Of a stretch of 64,000 nt of DNA, positions 10,798 to 20,507 are shown in pieces (position 1 is the stretch's first letter; every line of letters begins with the position of its first letter). The stretch spans positions 38,400 through 102,399 of the forward strand of contig CAVOIK010000015.1 in assembly GCA_963695895.1 (NCBI GenBank). Reading direction: 5' to 3'. Origin of the DNA: an uncultured delta proteobacterium. GTDB taxonomy: Bacteria; Desulfobacterota; BSN033; UBA1163. The notes beneath the pieces were generated by a model. It ran no database searches and was not told the origin of the DNA. It was given only the letters and a program-made list of their open reading frames with translations. The position numbers and the translations under genes were made by a program.

Positions 10798-11808
10798 ATG
10801 GTTGGCGTTGCCACGATAGGAGCTGGAGCTTGGGGCAAGAATCACATCCGGGTTTTTTCGGAATTACGAGGGGCGCAGTTGAAATACGTCTGTGATTCAG
10901 ATGGATCGAAATTGTCTTCGCTTCAGAAGATGTATCCTCAAGTGAAGATGGTCGATCATGTAAAGCCCATCCTCGAAGATGCAGACGTCCGGGGCGTCGT
11001 GATCGCATCCTCGGCAGTCTCCCATTATGCTCTGGCTAGAGAGATGTTGATGGCAGACAAGGACGTGTTGGTTGAGAAGCCCATGACTCTCGATGTGAGA
11101 GGTGCGGAAGAGATCGTGGAGATCGCACAGAAAAGGAAGAGAATCCTGATGGTCGGCCACCTTCTCCTCTATCACCCCGTCGTCGACCGGCTGAAGGAGA
11201 TGATCACGAAGGGAGAGTTGGGCGACATCTACTACCTGTATACGCAGCGGGTCAACCTGGGAGTAATCCGGCAAGACGAGAATGCTCTTCTGTCTTTCGC
11301 TCCTCACGATCTTTCCGTCATCCTCCATCTCATCGAAGACCCGCCCGTCACTGTCTCCGCCCATGGCGAGAGCTACATTCAGAAGGGGATTGAAGATGTG
11401 GTCTTCGTCAGTTTGAGATTTGCTGATGGGAAAATGGCGAATATCCATTTGAGCTGGCTTGACCCTCACAAGATGAGAAAGATTACCATCGTGGGGTCGA
11501 AGAAAATGGTTGTCTTCGACGATATGGAGGTGTCAGAGAAATTGAAGATTTACGACAGGGGGGTCCGAAGTCCCTCCTACAACACCTATGGAGAGTATCT
11601 GTCGCTGCGATTTGGGGACATTACCATCCCAAGCATTAGAATGGTGGAACCCCTCCGGGTCGAGGCCGAGCACTTCGTCAAGTGCGTTGAGTCTCGCCAG
11701 GAACCAAAGACCAGCGGTTACACAGGGCTTCGCGTGGTCAAGATTCTAGTAGCGGCCCAGGCATCCTTGAGAAAAGAAGGGAGTCCAGTCAGTCTTTCTG
11801 GAGGTTGA
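10798..11808 (+). CDS. Gfo/Idh/MocA-family oxidoreductase (WbpB-like UDP-sugar 3-dehydrogenase candidate)
   Basis: 336-aa intact ORF MVGVATIGAGAWGKNHIRVF...VLVEKPMTLDVRGAEEI. Sits with an aminotransferase and a hexapeptide acetyltransferase. Confidence 0.6.
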   Translation: MVGVATIGAGAWGKNHIRVFSELRGAQLKYVCDSDGSKLSSLQKMYPQVKMVDHVKPILEDADVRGVVIASSAVSHYALAREMLMADKDVLVEKPMTLDVRGAEEIVEIAQKRKRILMVGHLLLYHPVVDRLKEMITKGELGDIYYLYTQRVNLGVIRQDENALLSFAPHDLSVILHLIEDPPVTVSAHGESYIQKGIEDVVFVSLRFADGKMANIHLSWLDPHKMRKITIVGSKKMVVFDDMEVSEKLKIYDRGVRSPSYNTYGEYLSLRFGDITIPSIRMVEPLRVEAEHFVKCVESRQEPKTSGYTGLRVVKILVAAQASLRKEGSPVSLSGG

Positions 11809-11811
11809 ACT

Positions 11812-12393
11812 ATGGAGAGAAACTATTTCGTTCACCCCACAGCGATCATAGACGAACCGGTAGAGATTGGGGAGAAAACCCAGATCTGGCACTTTAGTCA
11901 TGTAATGTCCGGGGCAAAGATTGGAGAGAATTGCATTCTCGGTCAGAACGTCTTCATCAGTCGAGGGGTCATACTCGGAAATAACGTTAAGGTCCAGAAC
12001 GATGTCTCTGTTTACGATGCGGTTGTTCTGGAAGACGACGTGTTCTGTGGACCCTCGATGGTTTTCACGAACGTGATTAACCCCCGAAGCTTTATCTCAA
12101 GGAAGGCGGAGTTTCGGAAGACCCTGGTGAAGAAGGGAGCGACGATCGGAGCGAATGCCACGATCGTTTGCGGACATACGATTGGTCAATACGCTCTGGT
12201 CGGGGCAGGGGCTGTGGTGTCGAAAGATGTTCCTGACTATGCCTTGGCCTATGGAAATCCGGCGAGAGTGAAGGGGTGGGTTTGCCAATGCGCGGAGCAG
12301 ATCACGTTTCGATCGGGCAGGGCCAAATGCCGGGCTTGTGGAAAGAGTTACAAGAGGAATCGGTCAGGGGTAAGCCTGCTGGAAAAGACTTGA
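11812..12393 (+). CDS. hexapeptide-repeat sugar N-acetyltransferase (WbpD/PglD/WlbB-like)
   Basis: 193 aa with left-handed beta-helix repeats ([32 protein letters not shown]...[11 protein letters not shown]). Confidence 0.6.
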   Translation: MERNYFVHPTAIIDEPVEIGEKTQIWHFSHVMSGAKIGENCILGQNVFISRGVILGNNVKVQNDVSVYDAVVLEDDVFCGPSMVFTNVINPRSFISRKAEFRKTLVKKGATIGANATIVCGHTIGQYALVGAGAVVSKDVPDYALAYGNPARVKGWVCQCAEQITFRSGRAKCRACGKSYKRNRSGVSLLEKT

Positions 12394-12440
12394 ATGAGAA
12401 CCGGAAACTCTTTCATTCGTTTCCGCTTCGTGTACCTTTT

Positions 12441-12482
12441 GCCCTGCCGCCCTCCCGTGGCAGGGCAAAACCGTGTTTTCTC
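12441..12482 (+). terminator. candidate intrinsic terminator after acetyltransferase gene
   Basis: Hairpin gccctgcc-gccctcccgt-ggcagggc followed by aaaaccgtgttttctct. Confidence 0.3.
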
Positions 12483-12512
12483 TGCGCCCTTTGCGTCTTG
12501 GCGGTGAAAATT
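12476..12512 (+). promoter_or_regulatory. copy A of conserved upstream motif '...ctttgcg...gcggtgaaaa' (immediately 5' of GT39 start)
   Basis: ttctctgcgccctttgcgtcttggcggtgaaaattc. Related copies at 37493-37545 (minus strand, 5' of the AlkP4 operon) and 50573-50610 (5' of or overlapping the lptE start). Confidence 0.35.
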
Positions 12513-12526
12513 CAATTTTGACAAGA

Positions 12527-14053
12527 ATGATGCTCAATCGACTGATCCTCTTCTGCAAACAGATGACCGAAAGGCAAAGGCTTCTACTGCTATTCGCTGT
12601 TGCCTTCAGCTTGCGGCTCTATGCGGCCTTGGCGGCCAAGGGAATCGCCATTGATGGTGCTTATTACGGATTCATGGCGAGGGATTTTCTCAGGGGAGAC
12701 TTTATTAAGGGCCTGTCTGAAGAGCTGCATCCATTCTATCCGCTGCTGGTTTACTTGACTTCTCCTGACACCCTGCATGTGGAGATTGCCGGCAGATTTG
12801 TCTCCCTCTTTCTTGGAACTTTCGCCCTGATCCCTCTTTATTACCTTGTGAAAGAGGCCGTTGGTGAGAAGGAGGCTGTTCTTACTGGACTTTTCTATTC
12901 TTTTCATCCTTACCTTGTAACATACTCAGGAATGCTCCTTTCCGAAGCCACATATTGGGGGCTCCTCATTCTTTCAATTTACTTGTTCTGGGTCGGGTTG
13001 AAAGGGCGAAAGACTTTCGAACTTCTGGCGTCGGGCGCGTTTCTAGGTATGGCGTACCTCACCAGACCTGAAGGTCTGGGGTACCTTATTGCATTTCTCA
13101 TTTGGGTTGGGATCTATGGCGGGCTCCAAGGGGGATGGTTCAGAAAAATAGTGTGGGTGTGTGGCCTGGTGGTCATGTTTTCGATTTTTTTTACACCTTA
13201 TGTGCTGCATATCCACCAAGAGACGGGCCGTTGGTTGATTAGCAAGAAGGCTATCAAAGCCCAAACCAGATATTTGAGTCTGCCGCAGGACACGGGAGGC
13301 CAAGAGAAGGCGAAGGCGACGCGAAGAGGTTTTAGAATTCCGCCCAGGCTGAGAAGAATCGTTCAGAATCTCCCGTTCACCGTTTATGCCTATCTAAGGG
13401 CCTATCATCCTACATTATGGATCTTTCTATTTTTGGGATTGGTTCATACAGTGAGATACAGGAGAAGAGGCGAACTCTTTTTGGCCTCCCTGGTCCTTCT
13501 ACACTTGGTTTCACTGGCTGCCTTGGGCCCTTCGACGGTCCGGTTTTCGGTTCCCGTTGTGGCTTTTTCTCTCTTTTGGGCTGGGGTAGGTGTCGGAGAG
13601 CTCGTGAGACTCTTACAATGGTTGAAGATCCAGAGGCCAGTGAGATGGGTCGCCTTCTTAGTGATTGCGGTTATCCTTATCCAGCTGCCTCAAGCCGTCA
13701 GACCAGAGAGGGCACATCGCGAGGAACAGAGAAAGGCAGGCATCTGGCTAAGACAAAACACCCCTGAGGGAACGATCATCATGAGTAACAGTCCGCAGGA
13801 GACCTTCTATGCAGACCGAGAACTCATTCCACTTCCCGCCCATCGGTCCGTCCCTGAGATTCCCGGTGCGGTTTATAAAGAGGTGATGGATTTCGCGAGA
13901 AAGAATAGAGTGAGATACATCCTGGTGGATGGAAATACGAAGGATCATAATCCGGATTTCTTCGAGTCTATCCGTTCGACAGAATTGAAGGAACGATATA
14001 GGTACGTCGATCAGAATGGGAATGCGACGATCATCTATGAAATCATGTACTGA
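12527..14053 (+). CDS. membrane glycosyltransferase family 39/83 (ArnT/PMT-like, polyprenyl-phosphate-sugar dependent)
   Basis: 509-526 aa, many predicted TM helices (LLLFAVAFSLRLYAAL, LLVYLTSPDTLHV...). Alternative in-frame starts 12473/12527/12563. Confidence 0.55.
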   Translation: MMLNRLILFCKQMTERQRLLLLFAVAFSLRLYAALAAKGIAIDGAYYGFMARDFLRGDFIKGLSEELHPFYPLLVYLTSPDTLHVEIAGRFVSLFLGTFALIPLYYLVKEAVGEKEAVLTGLFYSFHPYLVTYSGMLLSEATYWGLLILSIYLFWVGLKGRKTFELLASGAFLGMAYLTRPEGLGYLIAFLIWVGIYGGLQGGWFRKIVWVCGLVVMFSIFFTPYVLHIHQETGRWLISKKAIKAQTRYLSLPQDTGGQEKAKATRRGFRIPPRLRRIVQNLPFTVYAYLRAYHPTLWIFLFLGLVHTVRYRRRGELFLASLVLLHLVSLAALGPSTVRFSVPVVAFSLFWAGVGVGELVRLLQWLKIQRPVRWVAFLVIAVILIQLPQAVRPERAHREEQRKAGIWLRQNTPEGTIIMSNSPQETFYADRELIPLPAHRSVPEIPGAVYKEVMDFARKNRVRYILVDGNTKDHNPDFFESIRSTELKERYRYVDQNGNATIIYEIMY

Positions 14054-14303
14054 TGAAACTGGATTCACCACGGAAACACGCCTGCCTAGCGGCAGGCAGA
14101 CCTTCGCAAATAGAATTGCGGAATCTCCTGAAGATCCTAAACACATGATGGGATCTCTGTTTTGAAACCATGGAAGGCTTTTCATTTGGCAGGTACCCCT
14201 TCGATTGACTCAGGGCCGTGAGCGCGGTCGAACGGCTCCACGCCAAATAGAACAAGTTTTCTCCGTGACCTCTGTGGTAGAAATTCTTTCTTGGATAAGA
14301 CTT

Positions 14304-15332
14304 GTGAAAGAAAACCCGCTCATCTCCGTGATTGTCCTTAATTGGAACGGTCGCCAATTTCTGGAACAGTGTCTCGGTTCGATCCTGACTCAGACGTATC
14401 ACCCTCTGGAAGTCCTCTTGGTCGATAATGGATCAACCGATGGTTCTCTTGAGTTCGTGAAGGAGATGGTTTTGGATGTGAAGGTGATTGCGAACGGAAA
14501 GAACCTTGGCTACGGTGGTGGGAATAACGTGGGAATCCGTTCCTCCCGGGGCCAATACATCATGATCCTAAACAACGACACTCGACTCGAGCCTGCCTGC
14601 ATCGAGGAACTGCAAAGGTCCATTGAGACGAATGATCGCTACGGAGCCTGCGCTTCCAAGATTCTTTTCGAGCACGGCGATCGGCGGATTGATGCCGCAG
14701 GGCTTGTGGTCTGTCCAGACGGCCTTGCGATTGGGCGCGGGAGATGGGATCGTGAGGATCGATACAATGCAGAGACGGAAGTTTTCTTTGCCAGCGGTTG
14801 TGCTTGTCTCTTCCGTAGAGAGATGCTGGAGGATATTGGCGTTTATGATGAAGATTTCTTTGCTTATGGCGAGGATACAGACCTAGGATGGAGGGCCCAA
14901 CTCGCGGGCTGGAGATGTATCTACAGTCCAAAGGCCATGGTCCACCATTTCCACTCTGCCAGTTCTGGAACGTATTCCCATTTCAAAGCCTATCTGGTCG
15001 AAAGAAATCGGATCTGGGTCTCCCTGAAGAACTTCCCTCTACCGCTGATCATCTTGGGTCAGTTCTACACCCTCTGGAGATATGTCTGGCAGGCTTACGG
15101 AGCCTTTTCAGGGAAAGGAGCCGCAGGCCGGTTCACGTCGGAGTATACGAAGGCAGAGTTGATCAGCATAGTGCTAAGAGTTTACCTTTCAGTATGGAAG
15201 GGTTTTATTCATCTCATGAAAAAGAGGAGAGCGATTCAGAAAAGGAAGCGAATTCCGAGCCGGGAAGTGTATCACATCTTGAAAAAGTTCGGGATCTCTG
15301 CCAAGGAGGTTGCCTTGAAAGAGTGGTCTTGA
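14304..15332 (+). CDS. glycosyltransferase family 2 (rhamnosyltransferase-like)
   Basis: LISVIVLNWNGRQFLEQCLGSILTQTYHPLEVLLVDNGSTDGS and DxD-type GEDTDL. The ORF opens at 14205 (TTG); GTG 14304 gives the usual short N-terminus. Confidence 0.6.
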   Translation: MKENPLISVIVLNWNGRQFLEQCLGSILTQTYHPLEVLLVDNGSTDGSLEFVKEMVLDVKVIANGKNLGYGGGNNVGIRSSRGQYIMILNNDTRLEPACIEELQRSIETNDRYGACASKILFEHGDRRIDAAGLVVCPDGLAIGRGRWDREDRYNAETEVFFASGCACLFRREMLEDIGVYDEDFFAYGEDTDLGWRAQLAGWRCIYSPKAMVHHFHSASSGTYSHFKAYLVERNRIWVSLKNFPLPLIILGQFYTLWRYVWQAYGAFSGKGAAGRFTSEYTKAELISIVLRVYLSVWKGFIHLMKKRRAIQKRKRIPSREVYHILKKFGISAKEVALKEWS

Positions 15333-15389
15333 GCTATGCAGAGGGTGGCGAGTTCGGGAGAAAAGACTGGATAGCGTTGAGGATAGATC

Positions 15390-16346
15390 GTGGAGCACGT
15401 GAACTGTAATCTTTGTGGCTTTGATGATGCGAAAGTTCTTTTCAGGAAAAAGGACAAGTTCAGAATCACGGAGGATGAATTTTCCGTGGTGGAGTGCCGG
15501 AGGTGCGGCCTTGCTTACATCAATCCGAGACCCGACTCCCATGAAATTGGCAGATTCTATCCGGAGACTTATTCGTGGAGAGAGAGTCTAGAGGCAGACT
15601 CAGGGTTAGCAAGAGCCTTGAGAGCGGCAGAAAAAGCCTATCGATACCACCTCCTGAAGGACGAAGTCTCAAAAGTCATAAAATTCACCGGCAAAAGATC
15701 AGGGAAGGTTCTGGATCTTGGATGCGGGACAGGGGATCGGTTGGACGTTTTCAGAAATCATACATGGGAGACCTACGGGATCGAAACCTCTGATTCAGCT
15801 GATTATGCAAAAGAGCACATGAAGCTTGATGTGTTAAAGGGAGACCTCTTCTCGGCGCGCTTTCCAGATCATTTTTTCGATGTGGTGACTTTGTACCATG
15901 TCTTGGAGCACACCCCAGACCCTCTGGGCGTCTGCCGTGAAATTCGCCGGGTTCTCAAGGAAGATGGTTTTTTGGTGATTCAGGTTCCAAACAGGGAATC
16001 GTTTCAGTATGGAATATTCAAAAAGAGATGGGCAGCCTTCGATGTTCCGAGAGACCTCCACTACTTCGGAACCCGAACGCTTTGCTCGTTGCTCGAGAAA
16101 GCAGGATTCGTGCTCATGAAGACAGACCACTTCATGAACTGGTGGCACCCACCCACGCTGGTTCTCTCGCTCTTTCCAAGTCTCGATCCCCAAAAAGCTT
16201 GGCAGAAAGAAGGGAAGGGACAGACCACGCTTTTTCAAAGGGTCGCTTGGATTCTCTTAACTCTCACAGGTGGTCCCCTGACGTGGATTGAGAGTCGGAT
16301 GAGGCATGGGGCCATCATTACTGCCTATGCAGTGAAGTCCTCTTAA
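15390..16346 (+). CDS. class I SAM-dependent methyltransferase with N-terminal Zn-ribbon
   Basis: CNLCGFDDAKVLF...CRRCGLAYINPRP Zn-ribbon, then LDLGCGTGDRL (motif I). Confidence 0.55.
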   Translation: MEHVNCNLCGFDDAKVLFRKKDKFRITEDEFSVVECRRCGLAYINPRPDSHEIGRFYPETYSWRESLEADSGLARALRAAEKAYRYHLLKDEVSKVIKFTGKRSGKVLDLGCGTGDRLDVFRNHTWETYGIETSDSADYAKEHMKLDVLKGDLFSARFPDHFFDVVTLYHVLEHTPDPLGVCREIRRVLKEDGFLVIQVPNRESFQYGIFKKRWAAFDVPRDLHYFGTRTLCSLLEKAGFVLMKTDHFMNWWHPPTLVLSLFPSLDPQKAWQKEGKGQTTLFQRVAWILLTLTGGPLTWIESRMRHGAIITAYAVKSS

Positions 16347-16372
16347 AATGTGCGAAGGCCCGAAGAAACGTT

Positions 16373-17476
16373 ATGAAGATCGCTTTCTTTATTAATACAG
16401 CTGCTCAAGCCCACTTTTTCAAGAATATTATTGGAGCCTTGACTCAGAAGGGACATGACCTGATTGTCTTGGCCCGGAACTATGGAGAAACCCTCTACCT
16501 TCTTCGGACTTTTAACCTTCCTCATGTTGTTTACTCACATCCACCCGCATCCAAATACGGGAAGATTCTGGTGCTCCCATCCGACATTCTTTCTGCTTAT
16601 CGCTATTTGAGAAAGTCAGGGGTGACCTTGATCGTGGGAACAGGGATTTACTCCGTCTATACCGCTCTTCTGCTGAAAAGACCCAATCTCCTATTCATGG
16701 ATGCTATCTCTACCCGTTTGGAATTGAGTTTGACCAGAAGGTTTGCAGACGTCATCGTTACTCCGTCAAACCTCACGGCAGATCTGGGCGAGAAACATAT
16801 TCGGATCAATTCGTTTAAGGAGCTGGCCTACCTCCATCCCGCGTATTTTCACCCAGATCGAACGATGGTCGCTCAACTCCCCATCGCCGAAGGGAAGAAA
16901 TTCGTCGTATTGAGGTTCAATGCCTTTGATGCTACCCATGACTTTGGGATAGGAGGATTTGGTCGAACTGAGCGGAGAGATTTGGTCCATGAATTGAGCA
17001 AGCACGGACAAGTCTTCATCTCTTCGGAGGCGCCTGTCTCCAACGACTTGAACGAATATGTCTTGAGAGTCCCGAGAGAGAGGATACACCACGTTCTTTA
17101 TTATGCCGACCTGCTCATCGCCGACACAGGAACCATGGTGACAGAGGCAGCACTTCTTGGAACTCCGGCGATCTGTTATCACCCGAAGGCACGAAAGATT
17201 GGAAATTTCATTGAGCTGGAGGAACACTACCAGTTAATCCTTACCTTTCAGGATATGCCTCGACTCATTGAAAAAGCGATCGGTTTCCTGACTCAGAAAG
17301 GCTTGAAGGAGGAGTGGAAAGCGAGGAAAGAGAAACTGATCCGCGAGAAAATTGATATGACGCTTTTTATGACCTGGTTTATCGAAAACTACCCTGAAAG
17401 TCTTAAAACCATGCAGAGAGATCCTGCCTGTCAGAAGGTATTTACTCAGGTGAATCCCCGTAACTTCATCCAATAG
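16373..17476 (+). CDS. DUF354-family protein (predicted GT-B-like / epimerase-like fold)
   Basis: 367 aa MKIAFFINTAAQAHFFKNIIGALTQKGHDLIVLARNYGET..., resembling the DUF354 consensus (MKIWxDIxNxPHVxFFKPII...GHEV). 3' end overlaps convergent asnB by 31 nt. Confidence 0.45.
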   Translation: MKIAFFINTAAQAHFFKNIIGALTQKGHDLIVLARNYGETLYLLRTFNLPHVVYSHPPASKYGKILVLPSDILSAYRYLRKSGVTLIVGTGIYSVYTALLLKRPNLLFMDAISTRLELSLTRRFADVIVTPSNLTADLGEKHIRINSFKELAYLHPAYFHPDRTMVAQLPIAEGKKFVVLRFNAFDATHDFGIGGFGRTERRDLVHELSKHGQVFISSEAPVSNDLNEYVLRVPRERIHHVLYYADLLIADTGTMVTEAALLGTPAICYHPKARKIGNFIELEEHYQLILTFQDMPRLIEKAIGFLTQKGLKEEWKARKEKLIREKIDMTLFMTWFIENYPESLKTMQRDPACQKVFTQVNPRNFIQ

Positions 17477-19362
17477 GAAGTAATGAACAGCCTCCACCAG
17501 AACGTATTCCCATCGTAGGGGATTTGATAACGTTTCATGAAAGAGGTAAAGGGGTTATCCCCGTCGAGAAGCCATCGCTTTTCAGGAGTGGAAAAACCGA
17601 TCTTGTCCTTTCGCCACAGAATCTTCTCCGGAAGGACATCTTGCATGGCCATTCGAAAAATCCACTTGGACCAGCCTTGATTGATCTTATAGATGGCCGG
17701 AATAGTCATGACATAATCCACGAATCGGTAATCTAAAAAGGGGACCCGCGCTTCGACACCGAAGGCCATACTATTTCGATCCTCATAATGCAAGAGATGG
17801 GGGATGGTATATTTCGTGAAATCTTGCCAGAGTCTGAGGTTTAAATTTGGAGTTGCTACCTCCGTAACAATGTCCTTCACCGCAGAGGAGACATATTCAG
17901 AATACTGGGGGAAAATTATTTCCAAGAACCTAAAATGCGTTCTTCGGAAGAGCCTATGAACCTTCTCCTTTAGCCCCTGCGGAATGAACCTAAATCCTAA
18001 TGCGAAAGATAACTCCTGAAGAGCGCTTTTCTTATAAAGCGACAGCCGCTGGAAAAACAGCTTGATGTTCCCTTGGGCCATTGCTGCCGGGGAATAGAAG
18101 AAGTAGCCGCCAAAGAGTTCATCCCCGCCCTGCCCATCGAGCACCACTTTGACATGTTGGCTTGCAAGCCTCATCACATTCCATTGAGCGTAGATCGATG
18201 TACTTCCAAAAGGTTCGTCTTGGCAATAGAGGACCGTATCGAGTTCATCCCATAATTTGATTCCATCAGGGAAGGTGAATTTTCCATCAATGGCTGTCCT
18301 CGCGATCAACTCCTGAGCGTAAAGCGTTTCGTCAATGGGGTCGTTGCGATAAGAGGCGGTGAACGTTTTTTGATGGTTACCGATGTTAAAGGTGGAAAGC
18401 CCTCCCTCTTTCATCAGGCGATTGACGAACAGGACAATGCTGGAACTATCCAATCCCCCGGATAAGCAACTTCCTACTGCGACATCGGACCTCAACCTTA
18501 TCTTGACTGAATCGTAGAGCAGATCCCTGATCTCTCTGGCAAACTCCAACGATTTGTCTTGATCGTATTTCCCAAGTTCAGGATTATGATGCAAACGATA
18601 GTAGAAAGAGAGTTTGAGTTCATTTCGCTCAAGAGACAAAGTGAGATGTTGACCAGGCTGGAGTTGGTGAATATCCTCATAAATTGTCTTTTCGTTATGG
18701 TCGATGACACCGAAGGTCAAGAAATCAACCATCTGTCTCGGGTCCAAGTGTTGATCAAGCCCAGGAAGTGAAAGTAAGGCTTTGATCTCGGAGGCAAACG
18801 CAAAGACCGCCCCATCCCAGGTATAGTAGAAGAACTTCACGCCATAACGATCTCGAGAGGCGAAGAGTTTCTTCTGCCGTTTATCATAGATACAAAAGGC
18901 CCAATCTCCATTAAAGTGGTTTTCACAGTCGGATCCCCATTTCAGGTACGAAGCTAAGATCACCTCTGTATCAGAGTTCGTTTGGAAGTCAAACCCGAAC
19001 TGCTTCAACTCCTCTTTGAGTTCGATGTAATTGTAAATTTCACCATTGTAGATAATCCAATAGTCTCCATGGTCGTAAGACATCGGCTGGTGGCCAAAGG
19101 GCGTCAAATCGATGATTGACAATCTCCTGTGTCCGAAGGCTAGATTGGAGGGTGGAAGGGGGTCTTGGATCGATTTCGTCCTGATTTTCAATTGAGGAAC
19201 GGTGTCCTGGCCACTTCTTTCTTCGGAGGCGCCTGTGGGTGTGCTTACAAATAAATATCCTTCGTCGTCCGGTCCCCTGTGCCGAAGTATCTCAGTCATC
19301 TTTCCGATAACTTTCGGGTCAACTGTTCCATGAGAGTGATAAATTCCAGCAATGCCACACAT
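17446..19362 (-). CDS. asnB: asparagine synthetase (glutamine-hydrolysing) family amidotransferase (AsnB/WbpS-like)
   Basis: 638 aa starting MCGIAGIY (N-terminal Cys nucleophile); ...SGGLDSSSIV (PP-loop SGGxDS). Confidence 0.7.
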   Translation of the reverse strand: MCGIAGIYHSHGTVDPKVIGKMTEILRHRGPDDEGYLFVSTPTGASEERSGQDTVPQLKIRTKSIQDPLPPSNLAFGHRRLSIIDLTPFGHQPMSYDHGDYWIIYNGEIYNYIELKEELKQFGFDFQTNSDTEVILASYLKWGSDCENHFNGDWAFCIYDKRQKKLFASRDRYGVKFFYYTWDGAVFAFASEIKALLSLPGLDQHLDPRQMVDFLTFGVIDHNEKTIYEDIHQLQPGQHLTLSLERNELKLSFYYRLHHNPELGKYDQDKSLEFAREIRDLLYDSVKIRLRSDVAVGSCLSGGLDSSSIVLFVNRLMKEGGLSTFNIGNHQKTFTASYRNDPIDETLYAQELIARTAIDGKFTFPDGIKLWDELDTVLYCQDEPFGSTSIYAQWNVMRLASQHVKVVLDGQGGDELFGGYFFYSPAAMAQGNIKLFFQRLSLYKKSALQELSFALGFRFIPQGLKEKVHRLFRRTHFRFLEIIFPQYSEYVSSAVKDIVTEVATPNLNLRLWQDFTKYTIPHLLHYEDRNSMAFGVEARVPFLDYRFVDYVMTIPAIYKINQGWSKWIFRMAMQDVLPEKILWRKDKIGFSTPEKRWLLDGDNPFTSFMKRYQIPYDGNTFWWRLFITSYWMKLRGFT

Positions 19363-19365
19363 GTT

Positions 19366-20500
19366 TCACTCCTGAAGGACACGATGAACGAGGTCCAAGA
19401 AGATCATCTGGTTCTGCTGCGCCGAAAGAAGGCCGGCGACTTTATGAGATTGAGATTTATAATAGTTTATCTTCTGTGAGTCAAGTTGGCTTAAACATTC
19501 CGCTAATGCCCGCGGGGAAAAATCTCTTGAGACGACACCCAGATCGTGTTCCCGCACAATTCGTGTCATTTCGGGGGACGGACCGATGGCAATGGCAAGT
19601 CGAGCTTGAATGAATTCAAAGAGCTTGTTAGGGAGGGCGTGGTAATAGTTGAAGTTCGTCGGCTCGAGCAAGAAAACACCTAAATCGAATTGGTTCAAGT
19701 ACTTAGGTAGAGTGCGCATCGGTACAGGGGGTAAGAAATGAATATTTTCTTTCTTTTTGGCCAGTCGCTTCAAATGCTTCACGTACCCGGGCCATTTCTC
19801 GATGAGGAGCAAATTGAGCTCGAAGCGTCCGTCGAGGTAAGTCCATCATGTGAATCATATTTTCGATTTTCCGAGATGGGCCGACGGCACCATGGTGGGC
19901 CAAGCGAATCTGAGAAGAATTGTAGTCCAGGGGACGCGGTGAAAGGTCTTCGAACTCCCTTGCATTGGTGATCACGGTGGGTCGTGTGAGGAACTCCTTT
20001 TCGTAGGCTTCAGCAATGCCTTCGCACACCGTGATCATAGCATCGACTCGAGGGATATAGGTCCTGCAAAGATAGGCATTATAATCCTGGAGAAACAGTC
20101 GCCACAAGAAAATATCTTCAAATTCGAGAGGGGAATACTCGTGGGCATCCAAAATCACCTTGGCTCCCTGGGCAACCCTCAAAGCCACTGGCAAGGCTTC
20201 GATGTCATTAGCAAGAACAAGGTCCACTCGAAGATGAGACAGCTTCTTAAGGCAATCGATGACATGTCCCTGGCCCCAGTACCAGCTTTCAAAACGACGC
20301 GTGAGGAGTTTAAGGGAAGGGAGAGCGAGCGCGATCATGTTTATTTTTTTTACGATGGGGACAAACTCGACCCCTTCGACCCCTGGAGGGGCGAGTCCAG
20401 CAGCCACTACGCGGTAGTCTTTGCTGAGAAAGCGGATCTGACGGTTCACCCTGGGATCCGTTGCCAGATCTGAAAAAGAAAGAACAAGGATGGTTTTCAT
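19366..20500 (-). pseudogene. uncharacterised GT-B-like protein, paralog A of three tandem copies; apparent +1 frameshift ~nt 19840
   Basis: ORF 19703..20500 MKTILVLSFSDLATDPRVNRQIRFL...HHGAVGPSRKIENMIHMMD and ORF 19366..19812 ...LIEKWPGYVKHLKRLAKKKENIHFLPPVPMRTLPKYL... align end-to-end with intact paralog B. DGRFELNLLLIEKW is readable upstream of ORF 19366 in its frame. Confidence 0.55.
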
Positions 20501-20507
20501 CAGTCCT

